Shown in pieces: positions 9,948 to 18,762 of a stretch of 64,000 nucleotides of DNA. Source of the DNA: an uncultured Paludibacter sp. (GTDB lineage: Bacteria; Bacteroidota; Bacteroidia; Bacteroidales; Paludibacteraceae); NCBI GenBank assembly GCA_964350125.1, contig CAYGJI010000004.1:3443-67442 (forward strand). The letters are read 5' to 3'. Position 1 is the first letter of the stretch, and each line of letters starts with the position of its first letter. The notes below the pieces were generated by a model. It did not search any database. It saw nothing but the letters and a program-made list of their open reading frames with translations, and had not been told where the DNA came from. A program made the position numbers and the translations under genes.

Positions 9948-10349
9948 ATGATGCAACAATTACCCATACAGGCAAAGAGTTTCCGTTTCAGAAGATGGAG
10001 CCGGCATTCGTATGCTGTATTTGCATCGCTCAGTAAAGCCGTAACCATTGGCAGCCTGCGCGTACATATGGCTTCACGCATTCTTTTCGAATTGGTGATC
10101 AGGCTGTTGCAGGGAAATGTTTCTGACAGGCTTTCTTTAGAAGATGTTCAGGAGGATGAGTTGTCTGCTGAAAATATTTTGCTGATAGCTGCCATGCCTG
10201 TTATTACAAACACTTTTGCTGATGCCGCTGCGTCGGCAGTTATCAATATTGATCCACATAAACCACGGTCGGGGCAGTTGTTACTGTTCCGACCGTATTT
10301 TTTTAATCCATTTTTATTCAAACATCTTAATTCTTTTTCTTATGCGTAA
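9948..10349 (+). CDS. Small leader-like ORF (FRRWSRHSYAVFASL motif) overlapping the start of the downstream TonB receptor
   Basis: Fills the gap between two genes, and its stop overlaps the receptor ATG by 8 nt. The motif resembles one I recall next to Bacteroidales TBDRs (unverified). Confidence 0.6.
   Translation: MMQQLPIQAKSFRFRRWSRHSYAVFASLSKAVTIGSLRVHMASRILFELVIRLLQGNVSDRLSLEDVQEDELSAENILLIAAMPVITNTFADAAASAVINIDPHKPRSGQLLLFRPYFFNPFLFKHLNSFSYA
10265..10304 (+). terminator. Intrinsic terminator or attenuator hairpin upstream of the TBDR start
   Basis: ACGGTCGGGGCAGT-tgtt-ACTGTTCCGACCGT (14-bp stem, 2 G-U pairs) followed by ATTTTTTT. Confidence 0.75.
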
Positions 10350-12270
10350 GATTATGTTATTTTTTGCAGTATTAATAGTGCTGCCAACCTTATCATCAGG
10401 ATTGACCGATACCACCATCGTTCGTTTGAAACAGGTCGATGTTGAGGCTGCAAGAAAGAAGCAGTTTCCCGAGATTGGCAGGGTGGTTCGTCGCATCGAT
10501 AGTATGCAGTTGCAGGTGCAACCGGCACTAACGATGGAATCCATGCTGCGATTCGTACCTGGTGTTGATGTAAGGCAGCGTGGTGTGGGTGGAACTCAAA
10601 CCGATTTGTCGTTGCGTGGAGGTTCATTCGATCAGGTATTGGTGTTGCTTAACGGCATCGATCTTTCCGACCCGCAAACGGGCCATCATCACATGAATTT
10701 GCCTGTGGATATATCTGATCTCACCAGCGTGGAGGTTTTACAGGGTGCAGCCTCGCGCAGGTATGGCAGCGGTGCCTTCAGTGGTGCTGTCAATTTTGCC
10801 ACGCAAACTTCGCAGGGTCGTCAGTTGAGTGCCGATGCATCTTATGGTTCGTTCAATACTTACCGACTGCGTGCTGCATCCAACCTGAGTTCGGGCGAAT
10901 TCAGCAATTTCACATCATTAACTTATGCTGCGAGTGATGGCTATCGGCATAATACCGATTATAAACGCATGAACCTGTATTCGCTCACCAGTTGGCAAAA
11001 CGAAAAGGCAGGAACTGCCGAACTACAACTCGGTTTGCAGCACAAATCCTTTGGAGCCAACGGTTTTTACAGCCTGGCTTTTCCAGAGCAATTTGAACAT
11101 ACACGTACTTTATTTTCTTCTTTAAGATGGAAAAAACAGTGGGAAAATATTGATTTAAATGTGCAAATGCATTCGCGCCGCCACTACGATAGGTTCGAAT
11201 TGTTTCGCAATTTCAATGGAGCTGCCTCCTGGTATCAGGATCATAATTATCACCTGACTGATGTCAACGGAGCAGGAGCTAATGTGCAGTATTTTTCATC
11301 ATTGGGTAAACTTAGTGGCGGTTTTAGTCTTCGTAATGATCATGTATACAGCACTGTACTCGGTTTTGCAATACCTGAAACCGAAGAAAAACCAATCAAC
11401 AGGTTTGAAAAGAATAAAGACAAAGTATTCACCAGGGAAGCCAATCGCTTTATTACTACTGCCTTTCTCGATTATACAGGCAACTGGAATAGTTTTGTGC
11501 TCACAGGAGGATTGTCGCTTACCAATAGTCGTGATTACGGTTCTCATTGGAACTTCGGAGGTGAGTTGAGCTATTTTTTACAGAACGAACTCTCGTTATA
11601 TGTTTCGGCCAACACTGCATCGCGCCTGCCCACGTTTACCGATTTGTTTTATCAGAATGCTACCCACACAGCCAATCCGGGCTTGCAGCCCGAGAAGTCG
11701 CTGAACATGGAAGGCGGTATTGCCTACAATGAACAACGGTTTAGCGCTCGTGCCAGCGTGTTTGCCCGCCGCGGTACTAACATCATCGACTGGGTACGGT
11801 ATGCCGGCGAAACCAAATGGAAAAGTCTGAATATGGTTGCCGTAAATACTGCCGGCGCCGAGTTCTCCGTTGAGTATAAACCCGAATCCCGGATGATAAA
11901 CCATTTACAAATGTCGTACACTTATATTCAGAATGATAAGATTGCTGATGGTTTCGATTCCAAATATGCCCTCGACTATCTTCGACATCAGTTCCTGTTG
12001 GGTATCGACCATCGCATTTTCGATCGCTTGTCGGCATCCTGGAATGTGAGCATGAGCGACAGAACAGGCAACTACACCGCATTCACTACTGGTGCTATCG
12101 CCGAATATGAACCTTTCTGGCTTGTAAATACCCGAATCAGGTATGATTTTAACAACTGGCAATTCTACGCAGATATCAATAATCTTTTACATGTATCCTA
12201 TGTCGATTTTGGAGGTTTACCCCTGCCCGGAATTCATTTTCAGGCAGGAATCAGGTGGAAAATAAATTAA
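10342..12270 (+). CDS. TonB-dependent receptor (BtuB/CirA-like, substrate unknown)
   Basis: Plug motif PGVDVRQRG..QTDLSLRGGSFDQVLVLLNG, RLPTFTDLFY, NPGLQPE and a C-terminal barrel strand. Signal peptide from MRKIML. Confidence 0.88.
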   Translation: MRKIMLFFAVLIVLPTLSSGLTDTTIVRLKQVDVEAARKKQFPEIGRVVRRIDSMQLQVQPALTMESMLRFVPGVDVRQRGVGGTQTDLSLRGGSFDQVLVLLNGIDLSDPQTGHHHMNLPVDISDLTSVEVLQGAASRRYGSGAFSGAVNFATQTSQGRQLSADASYGSFNTYRLRAASNLSSGEFSNFTSLTYAASDGYRHNTDYKRMNLYSLTSWQNEKAGTAELQLGLQHKSFGANGFYSLAFPEQFEHTRTLFSSLRWKKQWENIDLNVQMHSRRHYDRFELFRNFNGAASWYQDHNYHLTDVNGAGANVQYFSSLGKLSGGFSLRNDHVYSTVLGFAIPETEEKPINRFEKNKDKVFTREANRFITTAFLDYTGNWNSFVLTGGLSLTNSRDYGSHWNFGGELSYFLQNELSLYVSANTASRLPTFTDLFYQNATHTANPGLQPEKSLNMEGGIAYNEQRFSARASVFARRGTNIIDWVRYAGETKWKSLNMVAVNTAGAEFSVEYKPESRMINHLQMSYTYIQNDKIADGFDSKYALDYLRHQFLLGIDHRIFDRLSASWNVSMSDRTGNYTAFTTGAIAEYEPFWLVNTRIRYDFNNWQFYADINNLLHVSYVDFGGLPLPGIHFQAGIRWKIN

Positions 12271-12283
12271 TTTCAATAAAAGT

Positions 12284-12324
12284 TTTGTCATGTAAAATAT
12301 TTGCTCTAATTTTGGTCAACCAAA
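12284..12324 (+). promoter_or_regulatory. Bacteroidetes sigma promoter (TTTG / TAATTTTG) with overlapping TTTGGTCAACCAAA operator
   Basis: -33 TTTG at 12284-12287, -7 TAATTTTG at 12307-12314, palindrome at 12311-12324 upstream of the gntR gene. Confidence 0.75.
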
Positions 12325-12371
12325 TTTACATTTATCCCGGAAACCGGAACTTAATTAAAAGAAAACACATC

Positions 12372-13091
12372 ATGGTTGACGTATTAGGCGGATATAAGCC
12401 ATTAGGAGTTTCAACTCCTGCTGATCAAGTGATAACCAAAATCAAAGAGATGATACAAACGGGTGTGTTGAAACCCGGAGACCGGTTGCCAGCGGAAAGA
12501 AAAATGGCGGCAGATTTCGGTTTTGGAAGAACTCAAATTCGGGAAGCACTTCACAAACTGGAGTTTTACGGAATTATCAAAACCCTGCCTCAAAGCGGTT
12601 CAGTAATTTCCAGTCTGGGCATTACTGCCATTGATGGCTTAATATCGGATGTGCTGAACTTACAGGGATACGATTTCTATTCTTTGGTAGAAACACGCAT
12701 AGTGTTGGAAGTGAATTCGATACGTATGTGTGCCATCAGAAGATCCGAAGAGGACTTGGTTGCAATTGAATCAGCCCACCGCAATTTTCTTAAATACTGG
12801 GATACCGACGATCGCGTGAGTTACGACTTTGCATTTCACCGTGCAATTGCAGAGGCCAGTCATAACCCTGTTTTTAAAGCACTGATGCTGCTCATTACGC
12901 CCGATATTATGCATATTTATAATAAGGAGCGAATATGCGGTCCCAGTACTAAAGTGGTAGAAGAGCATGTGCACATGGTTGAGGCTATCCGCAATCGGCA
13001 ACCCGATGTCGCTGCTGAGTTGATGGCCCGTCATATGGATGGCGTGCTGGAGTTTGCAAAAACCAAACTGGAGCAGGACCAGGCAAACTGA
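12372..13091 (+). CDS. GntR/FadR-family repressor of the polyuronate locus (AusR-like)
   Basis: wHTH LKPGDRLPAERKMAADFGFGRTQIREAL and FCD domain DFAFHRAIAEASHNP...EH. Confidence 0.9.
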   Translation: MVDVLGGYKPLGVSTPADQVITKIKEMIQTGVLKPGDRLPAERKMAADFGFGRTQIREALHKLEFYGIIKTLPQSGSVISSLGITAIDGLISDVLNLQGYDFYSLVETRIVLEVNSIRMCAIRRSEEDLVAIESAHRNFLKYWDTDDRVSYDFAFHRAIAEASHNPVFKALMLLITPDIMHIYNKERICGPSTKVVEEHVHMVEAIRNRQPDVAAELMARHMDGVLEFAKTKLEQDQAN

Positions 13092-13114
13092 CAAACCAAT
13101 TTTATAGTAATTTT

Positions 13115-13145
13115 AGGGGGGGTGTTGCACGACATCCCCCTTTTT
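13115..13145 (+). terminator. Intrinsic terminator after gntR
   Basis: AGGGGGGGTGT...ACATCCCCCT followed by a T tract. Confidence 0.7.
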
Positions 13146-13209
13146 GTCTCCCTTAAACCCAGTGCAAATATGTTATATAACATAATTATGTTTTTTTTGG
13201 CTCAAATGT

Positions 13210-13263
13210 TTTGCTAATCTCAAAACTATGTTTAATTTTGGTCGACCAAAAATTGGTAAACCA
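13210..13263 (+). promoter_or_regulatory. susC promoter with tandem operators
   Basis: TTTG at 13210-13213, TAATTTTG at 13233-13240, perfect palindrome TTTTGGTCGACCAAAA at 13236-13251 and TGGTAAACCA at 13254-13263. Confidence 0.8.
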
Positions 13264-13304
13264 GATTCAGGTCTGAACACATTAACTTTAAAAATAGTAA
13301 TTTC

Positions 13305-16300
13305 ATGAAAAAACAGGGAAACGAACCTCAGTGCTGTTGGAAAAAGGTTTTGTTATCGCTCTTGCTGATTGCATCAACACTGGTTGTATCGGCACAGATC
13401 AAGGTAAGTGGTACTGTCACCGACAGCAACAAGGAGGCACTGATTGGCGTAAACATCACCGTGAGTGGTACGAAAACGGGAACCATATCAGATTTGAATG
13501 GCAAATACACAATTCAGGTGCCCGATGCAAAATCGGTGCTTGTGTTTTCGTATGTAGGTTACAAGACCATGTTGCGCGAAGCCGGCACATCGGGTATGGT
13601 GAATGTAACACTTGTTGAAGATGCACAACTGATTGACGACGTAGTTATTGTAGCCTATGGAACTCAAAAAAAATCGCATCTTACGGGCGCTGTTTCATCG
13701 CTAAAGACCGAGCGGCTTGATGAAGTGCCTGTGGCGCGTGTCGATCAGGCATTGCAGGGTAAGCTGGCTGGTGTACAGATAATCAACGCCAATCCGGAAG
13801 CTGGTGCAGCACCGTTGATTAGAGTGCGCGGAATGGGTTCCATCAGTGCAGCCAGCGATCCTCTGATTGTTGTCGATGGTTTTCCTGTACCCGACGGACT
13901 GTCGATGGTGAGTATGTCCGATATTGAATCGATTGAAGTATTGAAAGATGCAGCATCGGCTGCATTGTATGGTTCGAGAGCGGCAGGAGGAGTGATTCTG
14001 GTTACTACCAAAACAGGAAATATTAAAAAGCCCAAATATACTTTTAAAATGTATTCAGGTATTCGTTCGGTACTCAAACTGCCCGAAATACTTACAACCG
14101 ACGAATATCTGACCATGCTTTATGATGAGGCAGCTTTACGAATGCTGGACCCTGCCATTGATGGTATTGCTGCCCAAACCATGGCTTTTAATCGCACGAC
14201 CGATCATGAGCGTGCTACCTATCTGCTACAGAAATACTTTGTTGATCAGCCTACCGACTGGCTGAAAGAAGGATTGCGCGATTTTGGTTCGTCGCAGAGT
14301 TATACCCTAAGTGCATCGGGAGGTGATAAGAACATGAAGTACTTCATCTCCGGAAATTATGTGGGCGAAGATGGAATCATGAAGGGGAGTACCTACGACA
14401 AATATACCTTCAGAGCAAAAGCCGACATTAAACTTTCGAATTTTGTGACTCTGGGCGTGAATTTGAGTCCAACCTTTTCTCGTCAGGAACGACCCGGAAC
14501 CGACCTGACCGATTATATCCGTTTCCCGTCGTGGATTCCAATCCGGCATAATCCAGCCACTGCAGCACTAACCGGAAAAATTGCAGGCGAATATGCACAG
14601 CCTGCCGACTTCAATGGTATTTCAATCAGTGGCGAAGGAATTGGCGGTGAAATTTGGCATCTGACAGGTGTCAATCCTTTCAGTTCGAGCAATCAGAATC
14701 CTGTGTCGATTCGTGAAAGAACCAATATCATTACAGATGAATACAGAATGCAAGGTAACAGCTACCTGTCCATTGATTTTAGTCCTCAGTTGCAATTCAG
14801 AACCTCAAACGGATTCTATTTCTCCTTAAGGGAATTAAACAGGAAAGAACAAACATCGGCCAATAAGGCAGGTAACCCTAATATGCTTACCCGACAAATG
14901 ACTATGAGAACAGAGTTGTTGTCTGAAAACATCCTGACCTATAAAAATAAGTGGGGAGCCCATGAGTTCGATGGTCTGCTTGGTTTTACTGCCCAGAAAA
15001 GCTTTTTTCGGTATAATGCAATTGTTGGAACCAATTTTCCCGACGAAATGGTGTTGTCGTTCAATCTGGCATCGCAGCTTATTCTTGATAGTCCGAGTGT
15101 TCCCGGAACAACTTCATACTACTACAGCAACGCACTTGCGTCATTCCTTGGAAGAATAAATTATGCTTACGATGGTAAATACCTTGCATCAGTGAGTATG
15201 CGTGCTGATGGTAGTTCCCTTTTTGCTTCGGGTCGCAAGTGGGATTATTTTCCAGCCATTTCTTTAGGTTGGAGACCATCCGAAGAAGGATTCCTGAAGG
15301 ATATCGACTGGCTTTCGAACCTTAAAACACGTGCCAGTTTCGGGGTAACAGGTAACAATGCCATACCTCAATATGCGTATATGAACCTGATAAACACAAA
15401 TAACTACGTGCTCGGTAGTGGCAATGGTAATTTGGTGCAGGGTATGGCATCTACCAATGCAGCTCTGGGAAATCCCGACATAACCTGGGAGCAGGTAGAG
15501 GAGCTGAACTTTGGAGTTGATCTCGGATTCATTAACAGCAAAATCAATCTTTCGATCGAACATTACAATTCCAATACTGTACAGTTGCTTCTGCAACAGC
15601 CGGCTATGTACATTACCGGCCATCAGACTTACTGGAACAATATCGGAAGGGTAAACAATAAAGGTTGGGAGTTTGAGCTTACCACCACCAATGTGGATGG
15701 CCGGAATTTCAGTTGGAAAACCACCGCTAACCTGTCGACCAATAAAAATACCCTGTTGAACTATGGCGATAAGGAAAGAGAAGATCATTTCGGTGAAAGA
15801 AATGAAGTGTATCGCTCGATTGTTGGTCAACCCGCCATCCAGTATTTCGGATATAAAAATGATGGAGTATGGACTACGTTCGAAGAAGTAGCAGCAGCCA
15901 AAGCGTTGAAGGATGAAAACGGCATTCCATTTACCTACACCCGTTATGCGCCTGTGTTGGGTGGCTTGAAAGTGAAAAATATGAATGGCGATAATAAAAT
16001 TGATGCCGACGACCGCGTGGTACTTGGCGACCCGTTCCCCGATTTTACATGGGGTATTACCAATACCTTTACATGGCAAAACTTCGATTTCAGCTTCCTC
16101 TTCCAGGGTGTGCAGGGCATTCAGCTTATCAACGGCAATATCTTCTACAACGAACAGTTGCGTTTTAACAAAGCTTACACCAACAACCGTTATGTGAGTC
16201 CGATGTTCCCGGGCGATGGCAAAACAGTGTATTCTAATACAACTTCGGGTGGCGACTTAACGCTAACCGATTATGTGATAGAAGACGGCTCCTACGCTTC

Positions 16301-16547
16301 TCTTCGTGATTTGACGCTGGGCTATAAATTGCCTTCTCAATTAGTGAAAAAAATAAAAATAAGTGATGTGAGAGCCTATTTCTCAGCTCAAAACATCCTT
16401 TATTTGATGGCCAAAGACTATCGTGGTATCAACCCCGAAGCAAGAAGAACTTCTTCACAATATAACAGTCCGCTCATCGATGGTTATCAGCGTGGTGCAT
16501 TCCCGCTCAACCGTACATTCACATTGGGAGTCGACATCGTGTTCTAA
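13305..16547 (+). CDS. susC: SusC/RagA TonB-dependent glycan transporter
   Basis: CarboxypepD_reg N-domain, IEVLKDAASAALYGSRAAGGVILVTTK, NPDITWE, IEDGSYASLR and a terminal Phe. Confidence 0.96.
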   Translation: MKKQGNEPQCCWKKVLLSLLLIASTLVVSAQIKVSGTVTDSNKEALIGVNITVSGTKTGTISDLNGKYTIQVPDAKSVLVFSYVGYKTMLREAGTSGMVNVTLVEDAQLIDDVVIVAYGTQKKSHLTGAVSSLKTERLDEVPVARVDQALQGKLAGVQIINANPEAGAAPLIRVRGMGSISAASDPLIVVDGFPVPDGLSMVSMSDIESIEVLKDAASAALYGSRAAGGVILVTTKTGNIKKPKYTFKMYSGIRSVLKLPEILTTDEYLTMLYDEAALRMLDPAIDGIAAQTMAFNRTTDHERATYLLQKYFVDQPTDWLKEGLRDFGSSQSYTLSASGGDKNMKYFISGNYVGEDGIMKGSTYDKYTFRAKADIKLSNFVTLGVNLSPTFSRQERPGTDLTDYIRFPSWIPIRHNPATAALTGKIAGEYAQPADFNGISISGEGIGGEIWHLTGVNPFSSSNQNPVSIRERTNIITDEYRMQGNSYLSIDFSPQLQFRTSNGFYFSLRELNRKEQTSANKAGNPNMLTRQMTMRTELLSENILTYKNKWGAHEFDGLLGFTAQKSFFRYNAIVGTNFPDEMVLSFNLASQLILDSPSVPGTTSYYYSNALASFLGRINYAYDGKYLASVSMRADGSSLFASGRKWDYFPAISLGWRPSEEGFLKDIDWLSNLKTRASFGVTGNNAIPQYAYMNLINTNNYVLGSGNGNLVQGMASTNAALGNPDITWEQVEELNFGVDLGFINSKINLSIEHYNSNTVQLLLQQPAMYITGHQTYWNNIGRVNNKGWEFELTTTNVDGRNFSWKTTANLSTNKNTLLNYGDKEREDHFGERNEVYRSIVGQPAIQYFGYKNDGVWTTFEEVAAAKALKDENGIPFTYTRYAPVLGGLKVKNMNGDNKIDADDRVVLGDPFPDFTWGITNTFTWQNFDFSFLFQGVQGIQLINGNIFYNEQLRFNKAYTNNRYVSPMFPGDGKTVYSNTTSGGDLTLTDYVIEDGSYASLRDLTLGYKLPSQLVKKIKISDVRAYFSAQNILYLMAKDYRGINPEARRTSSQYNSPLIDGYQRGAFPLNRTFTLGVDIVF

Positions 16548-16567
16548 TTTTTAAAAAATCAACTAAA

Positions 16568-18106
16568 ATGAGAAAAATATTTTTATTGTTCAGTATCATA
16601 GCAGCTACTTCACTGTTAAGCAGTTGTGAAGAGTTTCTGACCGAGCAGCCGGAATCTGTACTCACACAGGATAATTTTTTCACAACACCTACCCGCATTA
16701 ATCAGGGTGTTTTGGGTTGTTATGCCGGACTTGCATCTGTAGTAAGAGACGAATGGGTATTTACCGAACTAAGGTCGGATAATACCTGTCAGGATAATGC
16801 CACAACCAGTACCACGCAGCGCATCGACCATACCGATGTTTCGTTGTTTCGCACTTCTCCCAGCTTGCCACTTCTGCTGGATTACTGGTACAAGATTTTT
16901 CAAAACATATCCAATGTTAACGCAGTTTTGCCTTCGGTGAAAGACAACCAATATCTGCCAATAGAATCGCAACGGGCACAATATGAGGGAGAGCTATTGT
17001 TTATCAGAGCTTTACATTACTACCATCTTGTGACCTTATTTGGCGATATGTTTAAAATAACTACGGTAATCGGACCAAATGAAGCCAAGAAAATTCAGCG
17101 TTCTCCTGCTGCGCAAATTTACGACGAAATAATTATTCCCGATTTGATTAAAGCTGCCGATCTGGCCCCTTCAACATACGGGGCAGCTGACCGCGGAAGA
17201 GTAACAAAATGGGCAGCCAAAGCTCTTTTAGCCAAAGTGTATATGATGCGTGGTGGCAATACTAACATAGCTTTGGCAAAACCATTGCTCGAAGAATTGA
17301 TTAATGCTTCACCACACAGACTAATTACCGGCGCCAATGCTTTTGCCAATGTGTTCAGTACCAACAACGAAATGAACGACGAAATTATTTTCGCAGTTCG
17401 ATTCAGGGGAGGTTCATTGGGTTTGGGGTCGCCATTCTGGAGTTTATTTACTCCGGTTGGATCTTCCAATCAGTTCCTGAAAATTGGCACACCTATGGGT
17501 TACAATGCTCCAACATTTGAACTCCGCACAGTGTATGATGCCAGCATCGGCGATTTACGCAAGGATGTCAGCTACAGGATATGGAATCGCTCAGCCACTT
17601 CACAGATTCCCTATATTTTTAAGTTCAACGACCCGAATATTTCGCAGGCTAATCAGGCTGAGAACGACTGGATCATGCTTCGTCATGCAGATGTGGTACT
17701 GCTCTATGCCGAGGTATTAGCTCAGGATGGAAGTCATGCTAATGCACACACTTTTGTAAACCAAATACGTACACGCGCTGGTCTGGCAGGTGTTGGCCCA
17801 TTCTCAACCAAAACTGAAGCACTCGATCTTGTTTATGCTGAAAGAAGACTGGAGCTGGCCTTCGAAAACCAACGATGGTTCGACTTATTGAGAATGAATA
17901 AATCATACAATGATCCTAATAAAGCAATTGATATCATGAAGAAACATGTGTTTGAAACCGATTGGGAACTGCTATATTCAAAATATAATCCGATTCAACC
18001 GCCCGAACAGCGCTTCTTCAATAATTTCAGGCTGTTGCTACCCATTCCGCAATCGGAAATTGACACTAACAACGAAATGACTATCATTCAAAATCAGGAT
18101 TATTAA
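16568..18106 (+). CDS. susD: SusD/RagB lipoprotein
   Basis: Lipobox LSSC, RHADVVLLYAE, ERRLELAFENQRWFDLLR and PIPQSEIDTN. Confidence 0.95.
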   Translation: MRKIFLLFSIIAATSLLSSCEEFLTEQPESVLTQDNFFTTPTRINQGVLGCYAGLASVVRDEWVFTELRSDNTCQDNATTSTTQRIDHTDVSLFRTSPSLPLLLDYWYKIFQNISNVNAVLPSVKDNQYLPIESQRAQYEGELLFIRALHYYHLVTLFGDMFKITTVIGPNEAKKIQRSPAAQIYDEIIIPDLIKAADLAPSTYGAADRGRVTKWAAKALLAKVYMMRGGNTNIALAKPLLEELINASPHRLITGANAFANVFSTNNEMNDEIIFAVRFRGGSLGLGSPFWSLFTPVGSSNQFLKIGTPMGYNAPTFELRTVYDASIGDLRKDVSYRIWNRSATSQIPYIFKFNDPNISQANQAENDWIMLRHADVVLLYAEVLAQDGSHANAHTFVNQIRTRAGLAGVGPFSTKTEALDLVYAERRLELAFENQRWFDLLRMNKSYNDPNKAIDIMKKHVFETDWELLYSKYNPIQPPEQRFFNNFRLLLPIPQSEIDTNNEMTIIQNQDY

Positions 18107-18127
18107 TTAGATAAATGTTATAAACAG

Positions 18128-18721
18128 ATGAAAAAGAATAATTTATTCAGATTGGTGTTGATGGTTGGTACTATGGCTTTACTCTGCTCATGTTCAGTAG
18201 AGGAAGAAACTGTAATTGTGCCCAAAACACTGGATCAGTATAAACAGGAAATGCTGAATTTTGTAAATTCGCAATTAAATATAGTGAATAGTTGCGTGCT
18301 AGGTTTCAACAAAGGCGATTTTCGATCAACTACCAACTTCGTCCCATTCACTTCAGCTTATAAAGCCCGGTTGACAACTGCTTTGGCCAATTTGCAAAAA
18401 CCGGATCTCACCATTGCTCAGGTCGTTCAGATAAACACCTCGCTGTCGGTCGATGGAAAAAGCTTTCAATCAAATCTATACATCTCCGACCGGAGGCCAT
18501 TGAACGATGTGATTGTGGAATGTGAGACTTTGGATATTGCCACACCTGTAGGAACTGCTGTAGGGCAGGCACCTGCTGCTGCTAAAACTGCTTTTGCAAC
18601 TGCTATTGCAGCAGCCAAAGTAGTGCGTAATGCCACTACTACCATTGAACGACAGGTTGCAGAAGAAGTGGCAAAAATGAATGCAGCTAAGCTGGTGTTT
18701 CAGAATGCCATTGTGAAATAG
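18128..18721 (+). CDS. Small helical lipoprotein (FIVAR-like), in the SGBP position
   Basis: Lipobox LCSC, acidic export signal and Ala-rich helices (GTAVGQAPAAAKTAFATAIAAAK). Confidence 0.55.
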   Translation: MKKNNLFRLVLMVGTMALLCSCSVEEETVIVPKTLDQYKQEMLNFVNSQLNIVNSCVLGFNKGDFRSTTNFVPFTSAYKARLTTALANLQKPDLTIAQVVQINTSLSVDGKSFQSNLYISDRRPLNDVIVECETLDIATPVGTAVGQAPAAAKTAFATAIAAAKVVRNATTTIERQVAEEVAKMNAAKLVFQNAIVK

Positions 18722-18762
18722 GTTTTTTGGAATTACGAAACGAAAGCTTAAATATTCAGGTA

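Noticed and set aside
9936..10341. Cobalamin riboswitch upstream of the BtuB-like receptor
   Set aside because: I could not find the B12-box consensus elements. The region is an ORF plus terminator. An Rfam scan would settle it.
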